Virus record (IMG/VR): IMGVR_UViG_3300002307_002049
Span: 1 to 29,844 of that record
Length of the DNA: 29,844 bases
Reading direction: 5' to 3' (one strand)
DNA from: a virus
Lineage: Duplodnaviria > Caudoviricetes
This document shows, piece by piece, positions 1 to 8,328 of this stretch. Below the pieces are notes generated by a model, which was not told the DNA's origin, made no database searches, and was given only the letters and a program-made list of their open reading frames with translations. How positions within the stretch are numbered: position 1 is the stretch's first letter; each line of letters starts with the position of its first letter. Position numbers and translations under genes: made by a program.

Positions 1-1
1 T

Positions 2-391
2 AAACCAACTCCTGACATAGGATATATGCTAGAGAGCCACGTGACCTGGTATGACGTTAAAACCATACGATCACCTAGAGACATAACACCGGTAAATATT
101 GGTTGTCATCACAAACGCACTCAAGAATTATATATTGCAGCCAATGGAGAAATATATCCCTGTTGCTATCTTGGCTACTATCCGCAGACCATGCATCATC
201 CAGGCAATACTGAATTGAAACTATTGGTAAACAAAAACAATGCTCTAGAGCACTCGCTAGAAGAATGCATGCAATGGTTTGATCAAGTAGAAGAGACCTG
301 GAACCGACCCAGCATTGCCGAAGGACGTTTGTACACCTGTGTCAACACCTGCGGAAGTTGGACACAGCCTGTAAACAAACAAACCGTATGA
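2..391 (+). CDS. Radical SAM/SPASM-domain protein, C-terminal part (5' truncated by window)
   Basis: Frame is open from base 2. It has SPASM/twitch-like motifs (C...LYIAANGEIYPCC...CVNTC), and its stop overlaps the next ATG (ATGA). Confidence 0.7.
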   Translation, partial: KPTPDIGYMLESHVTWYDVKTIRSPRDITPVNIGCHHKRTQELYIAANGEIYPCCYLGYYPQTMHHPGNTELKLLVNKNNALEHSLEECMQWFDQVEETWNRPSIAEGRLYTCVNTCGSWTQPVNKQTV

Positions 392-1263
392 GCCGTATAC
401 AAATAGACAAACTGGAGTTTTACATCACTAACGTGTGCAATCTAACTTGCTCTGGATGCAACAGATACAACAACTACAAGTTTGCAGGCTGGGAAAATTT
501 TGACGACTACGAAGATATCTTGACACAATGGGCAGAAAAAATTGACATCATTAAACCGGTGATTCTGGGCGGAGAACCCCTGTTAAATCCTTCAATCAAC
601 AGTTGGGTCAGGGGTATACGTAAATTATGGCCAGATCATCATACGCCACAGATACAATCAAACGGCACTAGGATAGATCTAGTCGATGGCCTGTATGACA
701 CCTGTCGAGAAGTCAATACCTGGATTGGCATCAGTCTTCATGCGCAAGATAACAAAGAGGTTATTTTTGATCGTATCAGAAATTTTTTGGTGCATCCAAT
801 ACAAGAAACCTCTGGCACTACCACACAACACATGTCAAACTTTCAGTTTGTGGATGCAAACAATGTACAGGTACATGTATGGCTATCTGATCATTTTACA
901 CAAAGCAATATTATACAAGACTCGTCAGGCCGATTCACACTACACAACAGCGATCCGGTCCGGGCCCATGCCAACTGTGCATTTGTCAAATACAAAAATT
1001 ATCATTTTATCGATGGAAAAATACACAAATGCGGACCTGCTCCCTTGATGCAACAGTTTGATCAACAGTACCCTTTTGACATATCCAACTCGGATCGTGT
1101 GCTGATACACAGTTATCAGGGACTGTCAGTGGACGAGTTTGATCAACGAGGACAAGAATTTTTTCGCACCATCGATGAACCTATCGCTCAGTGCAAGTTT
1201 TGTCCTGAATCATACGAATTCAAAAAAATACAATTTTCAAATCTAAAACCCAATAAAATTTAA
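388..1263 (+). CDS. Radical SAM protein
   Basis: Motifs CNLTCSGC (CxxxCxxC), GGEPLLNP and SNG, plus C-terminal CKFC. Start taken at ATG 388, coupled to the upstream stop. Confidence 0.85.
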   Translation: MSRIQIDKLEFYITNVCNLTCSGCNRYNNYKFAGWENFDDYEDILTQWAEKIDIIKPVILGGEPLLNPSINSWVRGIRKLWPDHHTPQIQSNGTRIDLVDGLYDTCREVNTWIGISLHAQDNKEVIFDRIRNFLVHPIQETSGTTTQHMSNFQFVDANNVQVHVWLSDHFTQSNIIQDSSGRFTLHNSDPVRAHANCAFVKYKNYHFIDGKIHKCGPAPLMQQFDQQYPFDISNSDRVLIHSYQGLSVDEFDQRGQEFFRTIDEPIAQCKFCPESYEFKKIQFSNLKPNKI

Positions 1264-1268
1264 ACTGG

Positions 1269-2075
1269 TCAGGTATTTTGAATGATTCGCTCGTGGTACC
1301 ACTCAGCAACCAAGATTTGACTTTCTGGTGTTCCGTGATAGCCAGGATCGTTTTTTGGATCGCAAGGATATCGCCCACAGGCCACTTGTGTGGTTTGCAT
1401 GGGGTCCAGCTGTAGATAACAGTCCGGCACGATGCTGGGTATGACCCTGCGCCATTGGTCAATATTGTTAGGATCAAATGGCCACAGCAAATTTGGTAAA
1501 AACAAAAACTTGATCCCGTCAAAGTACATCTGTAGCACACCTTCAACCATGATCCACTCGTCTTGTTGTTTTTTCCACTCGCTGTCATAGATGGTATCAA
1601 TAAATGCCCTAACACCTTTTTGTGCTTCCTTGCTGACCTTGCCTGCACGATAGGGATGATTGTAGTTTTCGGCCAAGGTAAAAATGGTTTCGCAAATCAT
1701 GTTATAATTGTTGTCGCCGTAGTTGACATTGTCAATGCCATCTTTGCGGTTGTAGCCGTTTTTCAGTGTGCGGTCTTGCAAGTGCTGTTGCAGGGTTGGA
1801 TTCCATCCACCAGATTCCTTGGCCCAGTCGTAGGGAGCAGATCTAGCCGGAATCTCCATGCGGTCCCAAAAGGTCGCACCCACTATGGCAAAATCTGGAC
1901 GGTGTCTGCGTATCTCTTCAATCTGTATCCGGATGCCACCGTTGCTGCAACCTTGTCTTGCTAGATTGACCAGCTCCCACCCCAGTTTAGCGGCCAGTAC
2001 CTCGCCCCAACTGGTGTTGGGCAAAGTTTTGCTTGGCGCACAAAAACTATCGCCGGCAATCATTAATTTTTTCAT
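1269..2075 (-). CDS. SGNH/GDSL hydrolase-like protein
   Basis: N-terminal IAGDSF, NLARQGCSN block and C-terminal DPGYHG resemble SGNH blocks I, II and V. Confidence 0.6.
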   Translation of the reverse strand: MKKLMIAGDSFCAPSKTLPNTSWGEVLAAKLGWELVNLARQGCSNGGIRIQIEEIRRHRPDFAIVGATFWDRMEIPARSAPYDWAKESGGWNPTLQQHLQDRTLKNGYNRKDGIDNVNYGDNNYNMICETIFTLAENYNHPYRAGKVSKEAQKGVRAFIDTIYDSEWKKQQDEWIMVEGVLQMYFDGIKFLFLPNLLWPFDPNNIDQWRRVIPSIVPDCYLQLDPMQTTQVACGRYPCDPKNDPGYHGTPESQILVAEWYHERIIQNT

Positions 2076-2605
2076 ATTATACTTTTGACTTGATCAGATA
2101 TCACATACTCGTTAACATGGCAATTGGTAAAAAAACTGCTGATAACATCTTTGTGTAGCGGCAGTTCGTCTAGATCGTACGAATCAGCTGGTACTTCATA
2201 TTTAACATTGCCTTGATTGCCGCTGGAAAAATAAATCACACGATCATGATGGTCGTTTATGGTATTGTGTACAAATTTATGATGCAGGTGTCCATATTCG
2301 CCCAGGTGATTGTGAGTCAATACCAGGTCTGAGTCGCCGATGCTGGCCAGCAAGTCTTTGGCCGCCGATTTGATATCGAAACTGATTATCCCGGTCTCCA
2401 GATCCAGATAGTTGTCTTGATATCCTAAAAATTTTGTTTTTATGTTGCGTCGTTGCCAGAAGGCCTTGATTTCTTGTGCCCGAGCATCCTGGTCGGTGTA
2501 GGTTAGATAAACAATGGTCCAATCAAATTGAGCATAGTGATGTATAAATCCATAGGCAAAGATCACACAGTCATCTGGATGAGCGACTACCGCAACAGCT
2601 TTCAT
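2072..2605 (-). CDS. PIG-L/LmbE family N-deacetylase
   Basis: VAHPDD and THNxxGEYGHLHH metal-binding motifs. Confidence 0.8.
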   Translation of the reverse strand: MKAVAVVAHPDDCVIFAYGFIHHYAQFDWTIVYLTYTDQDARAQEIKAFWQRRNIKTKFLGYQDNYLDLETGIISFDIKSAAKDLLASIGDSDLVLTHNHLGEYGHLHHKFVHNTINDHHDRVIYFSSGNQGNVKYEVPADSYDLDELPLHKDVISSFFTNCHVNEYVISDQVKSII

Positions 2606-3447
2606 ATTAGGTCATGAGCCAACGTTATTCCTCGTGAGATCAAGAGATCCACATAAGATTGCTGTTGCCCCCTGGTCAACTGTGACCATGCGTTCCTGTG
2701 TATGCTAACAGTCAGGAGATCTGGATTGTACATATTGTTCAATATCTTTTCGGAGTCCGCCACTTCACTGTGACAAAGATTGCAACATCTGATCTGTTGA
2801 GATCCTTTGTAGACCTTGTCCAGTGTGCCATCGCGGTACAACACATAACCGGTATAAACCACAAACTCCGACAAAGTATCCTGGTACTGCAACCACTCAA
2901 CTGCGTTTTTTTTTGTGAGTTTGGTGATTTCAACTAACATTTCTCTCACGGTATTGTTGTGGAACACAAATGGTACACCGCTTGGTGCGGCAATATGTTG
3001 CAAGTCGATGCCAAATAATTCGTTAATGACATTTTTTATTTTGTGGAATACAGAACGTATCGGCCTATACCCAATCTGTAAAGTATCGTCGTAATTGACA
3101 AGTTTGCTAGAATCTATAGCTCTGACAAAAATTGTTTTTGCATCCAGTATCATGCTGAATCTATTGTAGCTAAGTGAACTGCCTAGCAATTTCAAAATTT
3201 GTTGGCTGACCCATCCCTGTGGTGACCAATATTCCAAGCTAAAAACATCTTTCGGTATCACACGAACATGATTGGATAAACTGCCCCACCAGTTTGGGTC
3301 AATGTCATCGGCAACTGATTGTGTGTCGTTGACCATGACAAAGATATTTTTAATACCAATATTTTGACAGTACAAATCTACACTTTGCGCCTGTAATTTC
3401 AGTATTGGAAGTTCTTCTCGGAATACCACAGTGACTAGATCAATCAT
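2602..3447 (-). CDS. Putative glycosyltransferase-like protein (GT-A-like)
   Basis: Start trimmed to MIDLVTVVF. Has GWxxQQxLKL and ILDAK (DxD-like position) motifs; TAAATA lies just upstream. Confidence 0.5.
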   Translation of the reverse strand: MIDLVTVVFREELPILKLQAQSVDLYCQNIGIKNIFVMVNDTQSVADDIDPNWWGSLSNHVRVIPKDVFSLEYWSPQGWVSQQILKLLGSSLSYNRFSMILDAKTIFVRAIDSSKLVNYDDTLQIGYRPIRSVFHKIKNVINELFGIDLQHIAAPSGVPFVFHNNTVREMLVEITKLTKKNAVEWLQYQDTLSEFVVYTGYVLYRDGTLDKVYKGSQQIRCCNLCHSEVADSEKILNNMYNPDLLTVSIHRNAWSQLTRGQQQSYVDLLISRGITLAHDLI

Positions 3448-3491
3448 GCCAATATTTAGCGATAAAAAAGTAAAGACTGTCAATTGTTGTC

Positions 3492-3518
3492 AAAAGAATA
3501 GGAGCCGAAGCTCCTATC
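3492..3518 (-). terminator. Rho-independent terminator after the tmRNA
   Basis: Minus strand reads ATAGGAGC-TTCG-GCTCCTAT followed by TCTTTT: an 8-bp stem, UUCG tetraloop and U-rich tail. Confidence 0.85.
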
Positions 3519-3896
3519 TGTTATTTTCTGTTTCGACGGATAACTCCGCAAAGCAGTGATTAAACTGCTAATGATTGGCGTTGTGCTGTACGAGCAGAGA
3601 ACTTGACGTTCTTGCCTGAAACAGTTACTTCGCCAGTAGATGCGTTTGCATTTACAAGTTTTGCTTCTACGGCCGAGTCTCCCCAACCCTAACGAGTTTC
3701 ACCTTCCCGTGTAGATCCTGTTCATACTTGTTGCCACGTCGAAACTGTGTATGGCCCATCATAAGCGTACCCAACTCTGGAAGGAATCGTCTGTAACGTT
3801 ACCACTTGGGACTTAAACCCACATACGCTTATGGTGGACCATTCGGGCACTGCCCCCGAGTCCGCAACACCTTTCTGTCAAGGCATTAAACTACAA
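3519..3896 (-). ncRNA. ssrA: Circularly permuted (two-piece) tmRNA; outer boundaries approximate
   Basis: The acceptor piece comes first and ends GGAC-TCGGG-GGCAGTG-CCCGA-ATGGTCC-A-CCA at 3832. A 74-nt intervening segment (3758-3831) follows. The coding piece starts GGGCCAT-ACACAGTTTCGAC at 3757. The 7-bp acceptor stem has G3:U70. Tag frame 3649-3560 reads ANASTGEVTVSGKNVKFSARTAQRQSLAV*. Confidence 0.9.
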
Positions 3897-4659
3897 TTCT
3901 GCTTTGAGGCATACTTTTTTTAAGTCTACCTCTACTAAACCCTTTTATTATATAATCTTGCTCTTTTTCTGTCAAGATGTAGTGTTCTTTTATATTGTTA
4001 TTTACCCAAAGTTTTTTAGCAACATGACCTTTTTTACCTCTTACCCACCCTTCGGGGATAGGATCTGTAATATTACTACGTGTTACTTCTTTTGTCAATA
4101 TATTAGAAATCCATATTTTACCAAATTGGCTATTACCAGGTCCTGACGATTTTTTACTTGCATCTTTCCTGCGTTGTTCGTATTCATTGGAAGTGAGATT
4201 ACACCATCCATTGTTATTTTTATTACGATTTTGCGTCACTACATTAGAATACCAATTCTGCCACCATTTTGTATTATTAGCTTTTTGTTCTGCTATAAAT
4301 TCATTGAGTCTTTTAGCCGCAATTTTACCACCTTCTTTAGCGTTTTTTTTGTGCTGATCACTTCCATTCCAGTGATCCCATCCTCCTAACCCACCTTTGT
4401 GCATATTGTAAGTATCAGATCTTTTTACGAAATCTTCAGTAACAATTTCTGCTTCTTTATCAGCCATTTCTTTCTTAGAAGAACAGAAATATAAAACTTC
4501 TTTCTTAAAGTTTTCTACACCATATTTCTTAATTGCGGCAGTTATTTGTTTACCAGAACCATAATATCCATTATCATTTGGATGTTTGACAGATTTATGT
4601 TTTCCGACATAAATCTTATTGTTGATTAAGTTTGTTATTTGATAGACATAGTAATACAT
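3886..4659 (-). CDS. GIY-YIG homing endonuclease (free-standing, Seg-like)
   Basis: True start is MYYYVYQITNLINNKIYVGKH; later YYGSG, KYGVENF, E and YN motifs. AT-rich, with TAAATA at 4665-4670. Confidence 0.88.
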   Translation of the reverse strand: MYYYVYQITNLINNKIYVGKHKSVKHPNDNGYYGSGKQITAAIKKYGVENFKKEVLYFCSSKKEMADKEAEIVTEDFVKRSDTYNMHKGGLGGWDHWNGSDQHKKNAKEGGKIAAKRLNEFIAEQKANNTKWWQNWYSNVVTQNRNKNNNGWCNLTSNEYEQRRKDASKKSSGPGNSQFGKIWISNILTKEVTRSNITDPIPEGWVRGKKGHVAKKLWVNNNIKEHYILTEKEQDYIIKGFSRGRLKKSMPQSRIVV

Positions 4660-4717
4660 AATATTATTTATGCCGGACGAGGGTTCGATACTGCTTAAAA
4701 GAATTACAACAATACTT

Positions 4718-5305
4718 TTACTTAGCAGTACCGTATACTTCAACCACAACTCTACGGTTTTTGCTACGACCAATAACGGTCTTATTATCGGCAACAGGTT
4801 CGCGTTCGCCTTTGCTATCGGTATACACACGACCGGCTTCTAGACCTTGGCTGACAAGATATTGTTTAACTGCTTCAGCACGACGCTGACCCAACTGTAA
4901 ATTGTAAGTGTCTGAACCCACACTGTCGGTGTGTCCTACAGCAATGATTAATTCTGTGTTTACAGTCTTTAATTTAGCTACCAATTGATCTAGTTCAGCA
5001 CGACCTTCAGGTTTAATCACAGTACGATCAAAGTCAAACAATGACTGTGCTTTGTAGGTTATACGAAATTCTTGGACTGTTTTAACTATGGGGTTAACCG
5101 GTGCAGGTTTTGCTACTGCTGGAGCAGTTGGTTTTACTGGTCGTAGAGCGCCATCACATTCAGCGGCAGCAGTAGCTGGAGTCCAGGCACTGTCTCTCCA
5201 GCATAGGCCACTTGAGTTAGTCACGGTACCGGCTTGACTGGTCCAGTTATCGTGAGCCGATGCAAGTGAGCTCACAGCCAATAATACAAATAATATGTTA
5301 CGCAT
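4718..5305 (-). CDS. ompA: OmpA-family peptidoglycan-binding envelope protein
   Basis: Signal peptide, CWRDSAWTPATA..CDG segment, Pro/Ala linker and an OmpA C-terminal domain (LFDFD, GHTDSVG, YNLQLGQRRA, NRRV). Confidence 0.9.
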   Translation of the reverse strand: MRNILFVLLAVSSLASAHDNWTSQAGTVTNSSGLCWRDSAWTPATAAAECDGALRPVKPTAPAVAKPAPVNPIVKTVQEFRITYKAQSLFDFDRTVIKPEGRAELDQLVAKLKTVNTELIIAVGHTDSVGSDTYNLQLGQRRAEAVKQYLVSQGLEAGRVYTDSKGEREPVADNKTVIGRSKNRRVVVEVYGTAK

Positions 5306-5334
5306 GTTGATTCCTTTAAAAAGCTATTTATGTA

Positions 5335-5411
5335 TGGTGGGCCTTGTTGGATTCGAACCAACCACCGAGCGATTATGAGTCGCTAGCTCTAACCTAATGA
5401 GCTAAAGGCCC
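5335..5411 (-). tRNA. tRNA-Ile2 (CAU anticodon, presumably lysidine-modified to read AUA)
   Basis: Full cloverleaf GGGCCTT...AAGGCCC-A-CCA, anticodon arm AGCGA-CTCATAA-TCGCT and T-loop TTCGAAT. It lacks the initiator GGG/CCC anticodon stem and C1:A72 mismatch, and resembles bacterial Ile2 more than Met. Confidence 0.88.
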
Positions 5412-5419
5412 AAGCTACT

Positions 5420-5448
5420 ATTATAGCACTAGGGCTGGTAGTTGTCAA
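5420..5448 (-). promoter_or_regulatory. Consensus sigma70 promoter for the tRNA (and probably ompA)
   Basis: TTGACA-17 nt-TATAAT with an extended TG motif, 8 nt upstream of the tRNA 5' end. Confidence 0.85.
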
Positions 5449-5803
5449 GCCAACGTTCAAAACTACCGTATAAATTGATCACAACAGCCTCAGCACTACC
5501 AAATATAATAATCTTTTTAGGTATGGTGTTTATGGCCAAGATATAGTAGGGCGACTGTATTTTTCTATCCATTTCCAATAGGCGATCACTGGTCACGCTT
5601 TTTGGATCTGTAATGTCAAACGTATAGCGTGTTAGGCCGAGCACTTGATCAAATATGTGATAGCCTTTGTGCGTGAGACGCATACCACCTGTGGACCTGA
5701 TGTTATGCCACCAGGTCTTCATGGCAATTTTATCTGTGATGCCGAGGTCGAGATCTAATTGGCTGACTAAATCGTGTGTTAGTTGTTGACGTTGATCGCG
5801 CAC
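5429..5803 (-). CDS. Hypothetical phage protein
   Basis: 124-aa ORF with GTG start, tightly packed in the operon. Confidence 0.7.
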   Translation of the reverse strand: MRDQRQQLTHDLVSQLDLDLGITDKIAMKTWWHNIRSTGGMRLTHKGYHIFDQVLGLTRYTFDITDPKSVTSDRLLEMDRKIQSPYYILAINTIPKKIIIFGSAEAVVINLYGSFERWLDNYQP

Positions 5804-5804
5804 T

Positions 5805-6092
5805 TCAAGGAAAAATTCTTTCGCCTTGTTTAAGTACCACCACTGAGAACTTGTCAGTTTTAAACTGTGTGTTTAGTTTTCTAGCCAAGTTGATGGCGTG
5901 TCCAGGATTGCTGAAACTTACCTTTTTATACTTGGGACCAGGGTACTGCACCAGTAGGTTTGATGTTTTAAGGTTTATGGGTTTACCATCATAAAACACA
6001 GCCCATACTCCTTCGCTACCCAAAACCTGTTCAGTTTTATAGGTAACCCGATTGGTAATCTCGGCAAGCACGGTGGGTTTAGGTCTACTCAT
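5805..6092 (-). CDS. Hypothetical phage protein
   Basis: Start trimmed to MSRPKP; TAAATA at 6100-6105. Confidence 0.7.
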   Translation of the reverse strand: MSRPKPTVLAEITNRVTYKTEQVLGSEGVWAVFYDGKPINLKTSNLLVQYPGPKYKKVSFSNPGHAINLARKLNTQFKTDKFSVVVLKQGERIFP

Positions 6093-6124
6093 GGTTAGAT
6101 ATTTATGACCGTAATATACCAATA

Positions 6125-6334
6125 TTAAAAAGTGCCACCGTCAATTTGAACAGTAATGACATCTTCACTGTGATTATTCACAGGGACTGACCGTAGGGTG
6201 TTGAGTTCCAACAACAGTCGTGCCAGATCAGCCACAAGATCTCGTGCTTCAGTGACTGATACTGTAAGACCTTGACTGGATCTAAGATCCATGCCCTGTA
6301 CACGATCAATAAATCGATTTATGTGCAGGCTCAA
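6125..6334 (-). CDS. Hypothetical phage protein
   Basis: Probable TTG start overlapping the upstream TGA (TTGA). Confidence 0.55.
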   Translation of the reverse strand: MSLHINRFIDRVQGMDLRSSQGLTVSVTEARDLVADLARLLLELNTLRSVPVNNHSEDVITVQIDGGTF

Positions 6335-6699
6335 CGGTGAACCTCGTTCAAGTATGGGTCTAAACACGGAGGTGTCCAACCTTCAGGTTTGAGTACCTTG
6401 CCATCCTCACGTTTGGTAACCAAGCCGGTGTCAGGATCAATCTTGGCCTGATTACTGCGCATGACTTCGTTCCATGCACCTTCGGCATCGGCGCCCATGC
6501 TGTGTATAGCACCAATAGTGACCACCAAGATGTCAACCAGTGCATCAAGATCAGTGACCGGATGCTGACTGTCTTCGAGTTCTTGTACTTCTTCGCGGAT
6601 CAAATCAAGATACAGTGCGTACTGATCACGATTCTCAACTCCTACGGTTTGACCACAGGCCTGCATGAAACTGGCTTGGTCTTGAAATGGATTAGACAT
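6331..6699 (-). CDS. MazG-like/all-alpha NTP pyrophosphohydrolase
   Basis: LIREEVQEL...DALVDILVV...EVMRSNQAK...REDGKVLKP pattern. Confidence 0.8.
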   Translation of the reverse strand: MSNPFQDQASFMQACGQTVGVENRDQYALYLDLIREEVQELEDSQHPVTDLDALVDILVVTIGAIHSMGADAEGAWNEVMRSNQAKIDPDTGLVTKREDGKVLKPEGWTPPCLDPYLNEVHR

Positions 6700-7141
6700 T
6701 GGTAACCTCCTGTGAATTAAAAAATGGTCCATGATAGGGATAGCGTTGTAAAACAATCAATTTTGGATCCTGAACAGTGCGCCACTTGCGACCTTTTTTA
6801 ACTGAATACCAACCGGCTGCAAACCAACTACGACTCTTGGCGGTCTTGGTATAAAGTGGCAATGCATGTGGCACATCCCAGACCGGATTGTGTACTCGAC
6901 TGGCTGTGGGATAACCATGCACTGAATGTGTTGCGGTGGATCGTGGTCGGGTTCGAATCATTGGAGGTTCAAATCGTACTCCGGTACGTTGTTCTACCAT
7001 GCGAATGGTTTTGTACTGCGAAATTTGATTGTTTAACCTGACCTGGTAACCACCGGCACAGGCTTCAACATTACCGACCTTCTCGTCATTTTGTTGTAAT
7101 ATCCAAAACTTCTTGTCAATTACGGGTTTTGCTATCAGCAT
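6692..7141 (-). CDS. Hypothetical phage protein
   Basis: Start MLIAKPV with AAGGA ribosome-binding site; operon packing. Confidence 0.7.
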   Translation of the reverse strand: MLIAKPVIDKKFWILQQNDEKVGNVEACAGGYQVRLNNQISQYKTIRMVEQRTGVRFEPPMIRTRPRSTATHSVHGYPTASRVHNPVWDVPHALPLYTKTAKSRSWFAAGWYSVKKGRKWRTVQDPKLIVLQRYPYHGPFFNSQEVTNV

Positions 7142-7322
7142 TGTATCCTTTCGTTCTACACTGTTGTTGTACTGCCTGTGGCACATCTGGATGCCAACCG
7201 CCTATCAACTGTCTACAATCATACCTTACAATAACAGTGTTAGATTCTGCAAGATGCATGAGAGAGATAAAAAAAATCATGGTCCCAACTACACTGACAG
7301 AAATAGACAACAGTAATTTCAT
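7116..7322 (-). CDS. Small membrane-anchored protein
   Basis: Hydrophobic N-terminus and two Cys; ATGA-type overlap region with the upstream gene. Confidence 0.5.
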   Translation of the reverse strand: MKLLLSISVSVVGTMIFFISLMHLAESNTVIVRYDCRQLIGGWHPDVPQAVQQQCRTKGYNADSKTRN

Positions 7323-8317
7323 TCTAATACTCCTGCATAAGTCTGATTCATCCAACGTCCAAATTGTTCGGCACTTTCACTGCACTTGTTTAATTCATAC
7401 TTGCCACAGAACTGCATGAATCTCACACCTACCTGTCCCACATCCTTGTGACTAATTTGCTCTTTAATACAAGTGTCTACAGTTAGTTTAACATCGTCGG
7501 GCTGTGCTGTCAAGTCAATCAAGGTTCTATTGCGTTCGTAATCGTCTAATACCTTGTGCTCTACACCATCTGGGTCAGTCCATCTTTGCAACATCATGTT
7601 GTTCCAGTTGTAGCCTTTTCGATCTTTGTCCTCATAGGCTTCTTGTAACCCAACTCGGTTCTTTGTGCCTTTTGTTCTAACACCCGGGAAGGCGCTAAAC
7701 ACATTGTCGCTACTATCGCCCCGCATGCATTTTTCAAACAAAAGCCACGCTGGATCAGGGATCGTTTTAGCTTGTTTTGTTTTTTTATCGATAACCAAGT
7801 TGCCTTTGGCATCAAAAATTCCTTCCGTGGTCAATAGTTCGTCCGTGATACCGTTGTACTGTTTAACATTAGCGGCTAACAGTTGTACAAAATCAGTGTC
7901 ACTGCTGATAACAATGTGTTCGTCTTGGGGGTGTAAGGCAATCCATCTTGCTATAATATCATCGGCTTCAGCTGTTGCACATCTGACAACACTACAGTTG
8001 GTTTTTTCGGACAGATATTTAGTTAGGTTATCGTAGGTTTCCCAGAACATGGCATCTTCTTCTTGCTCTCGTTCTGTGAGTGCGGCACGGGCCACAGCAC
8101 GATTGGCCTTGTAGGGTCGGTAGTGATCTTTGCGCCATGATCGTCCTTCCAGGGCAAACACCACGTGATCTGCTTCGAATCTACGGGCCACTTTGTTGGC
8201 CGCCATCAAAGTAATATGCAAGGCAAATCCAATTTTTTCCCAGGTATCACTGGCTCTAAAAGCACCATGCCTAGCTCTAAAAAACATGTTTGCTGTGTCA
8301 ATTAACACATAACGCAT
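7319..8317 (-). CDS. 5'-3' exonuclease / T4 RNase H-like flap endonuclease
   Basis: LIDTAN, EGRSWRK..YKANR, EADD, SSDTDF and GDSSDNV motifs. Confidence 0.9.
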   Translation of the reverse strand: MRYVLIDTANMFFRARHGAFRASDTWEKIGFALHITLMAANKVARRFEADHVVFALEGRSWRKDHYRPYKANRAVARAALTEREQEEDAMFWETYDNLTKYLSEKTNCSVVRCATAEADDIIARWIALHPQDEHIVISSDTDFVQLLAANVKQYNGITDELLTTEGIFDAKGNLVIDKKTKQAKTIPDPAWLLFEKCMRGDSSDNVFSAFPGVRTKGTKNRVGLQEAYEDKDRKGYNWNNMMLQRWTDPDGVEHKVLDDYERNRTLIDLTAQPDDVKLTVDTCIKEQISHKDVGQVGVRFMQFCGKYELNKCSESAEQFGRWMNQTYAGVLE

Positions 8318-8328
8318 ACGGCACCACC

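Noticed and set aside
3480-3686. 68-aa ORF from the track
   Set aside because: It lies within the tmRNA coding piece and terminator, and is in a different frame from the tag.
4660-4830. N-terminal extension of the GIY-YIG ORF
   Set aside because: It overlaps ompA. The GIY-YIG domain starts at ATG 4659, right after a TAAATA box.
5335-5411. tRNA-Met call from the CAT anticodon
   Set aside because: It lacks initiator features and overall resembles Ile2; elongator Met is less likely but not fully excluded.
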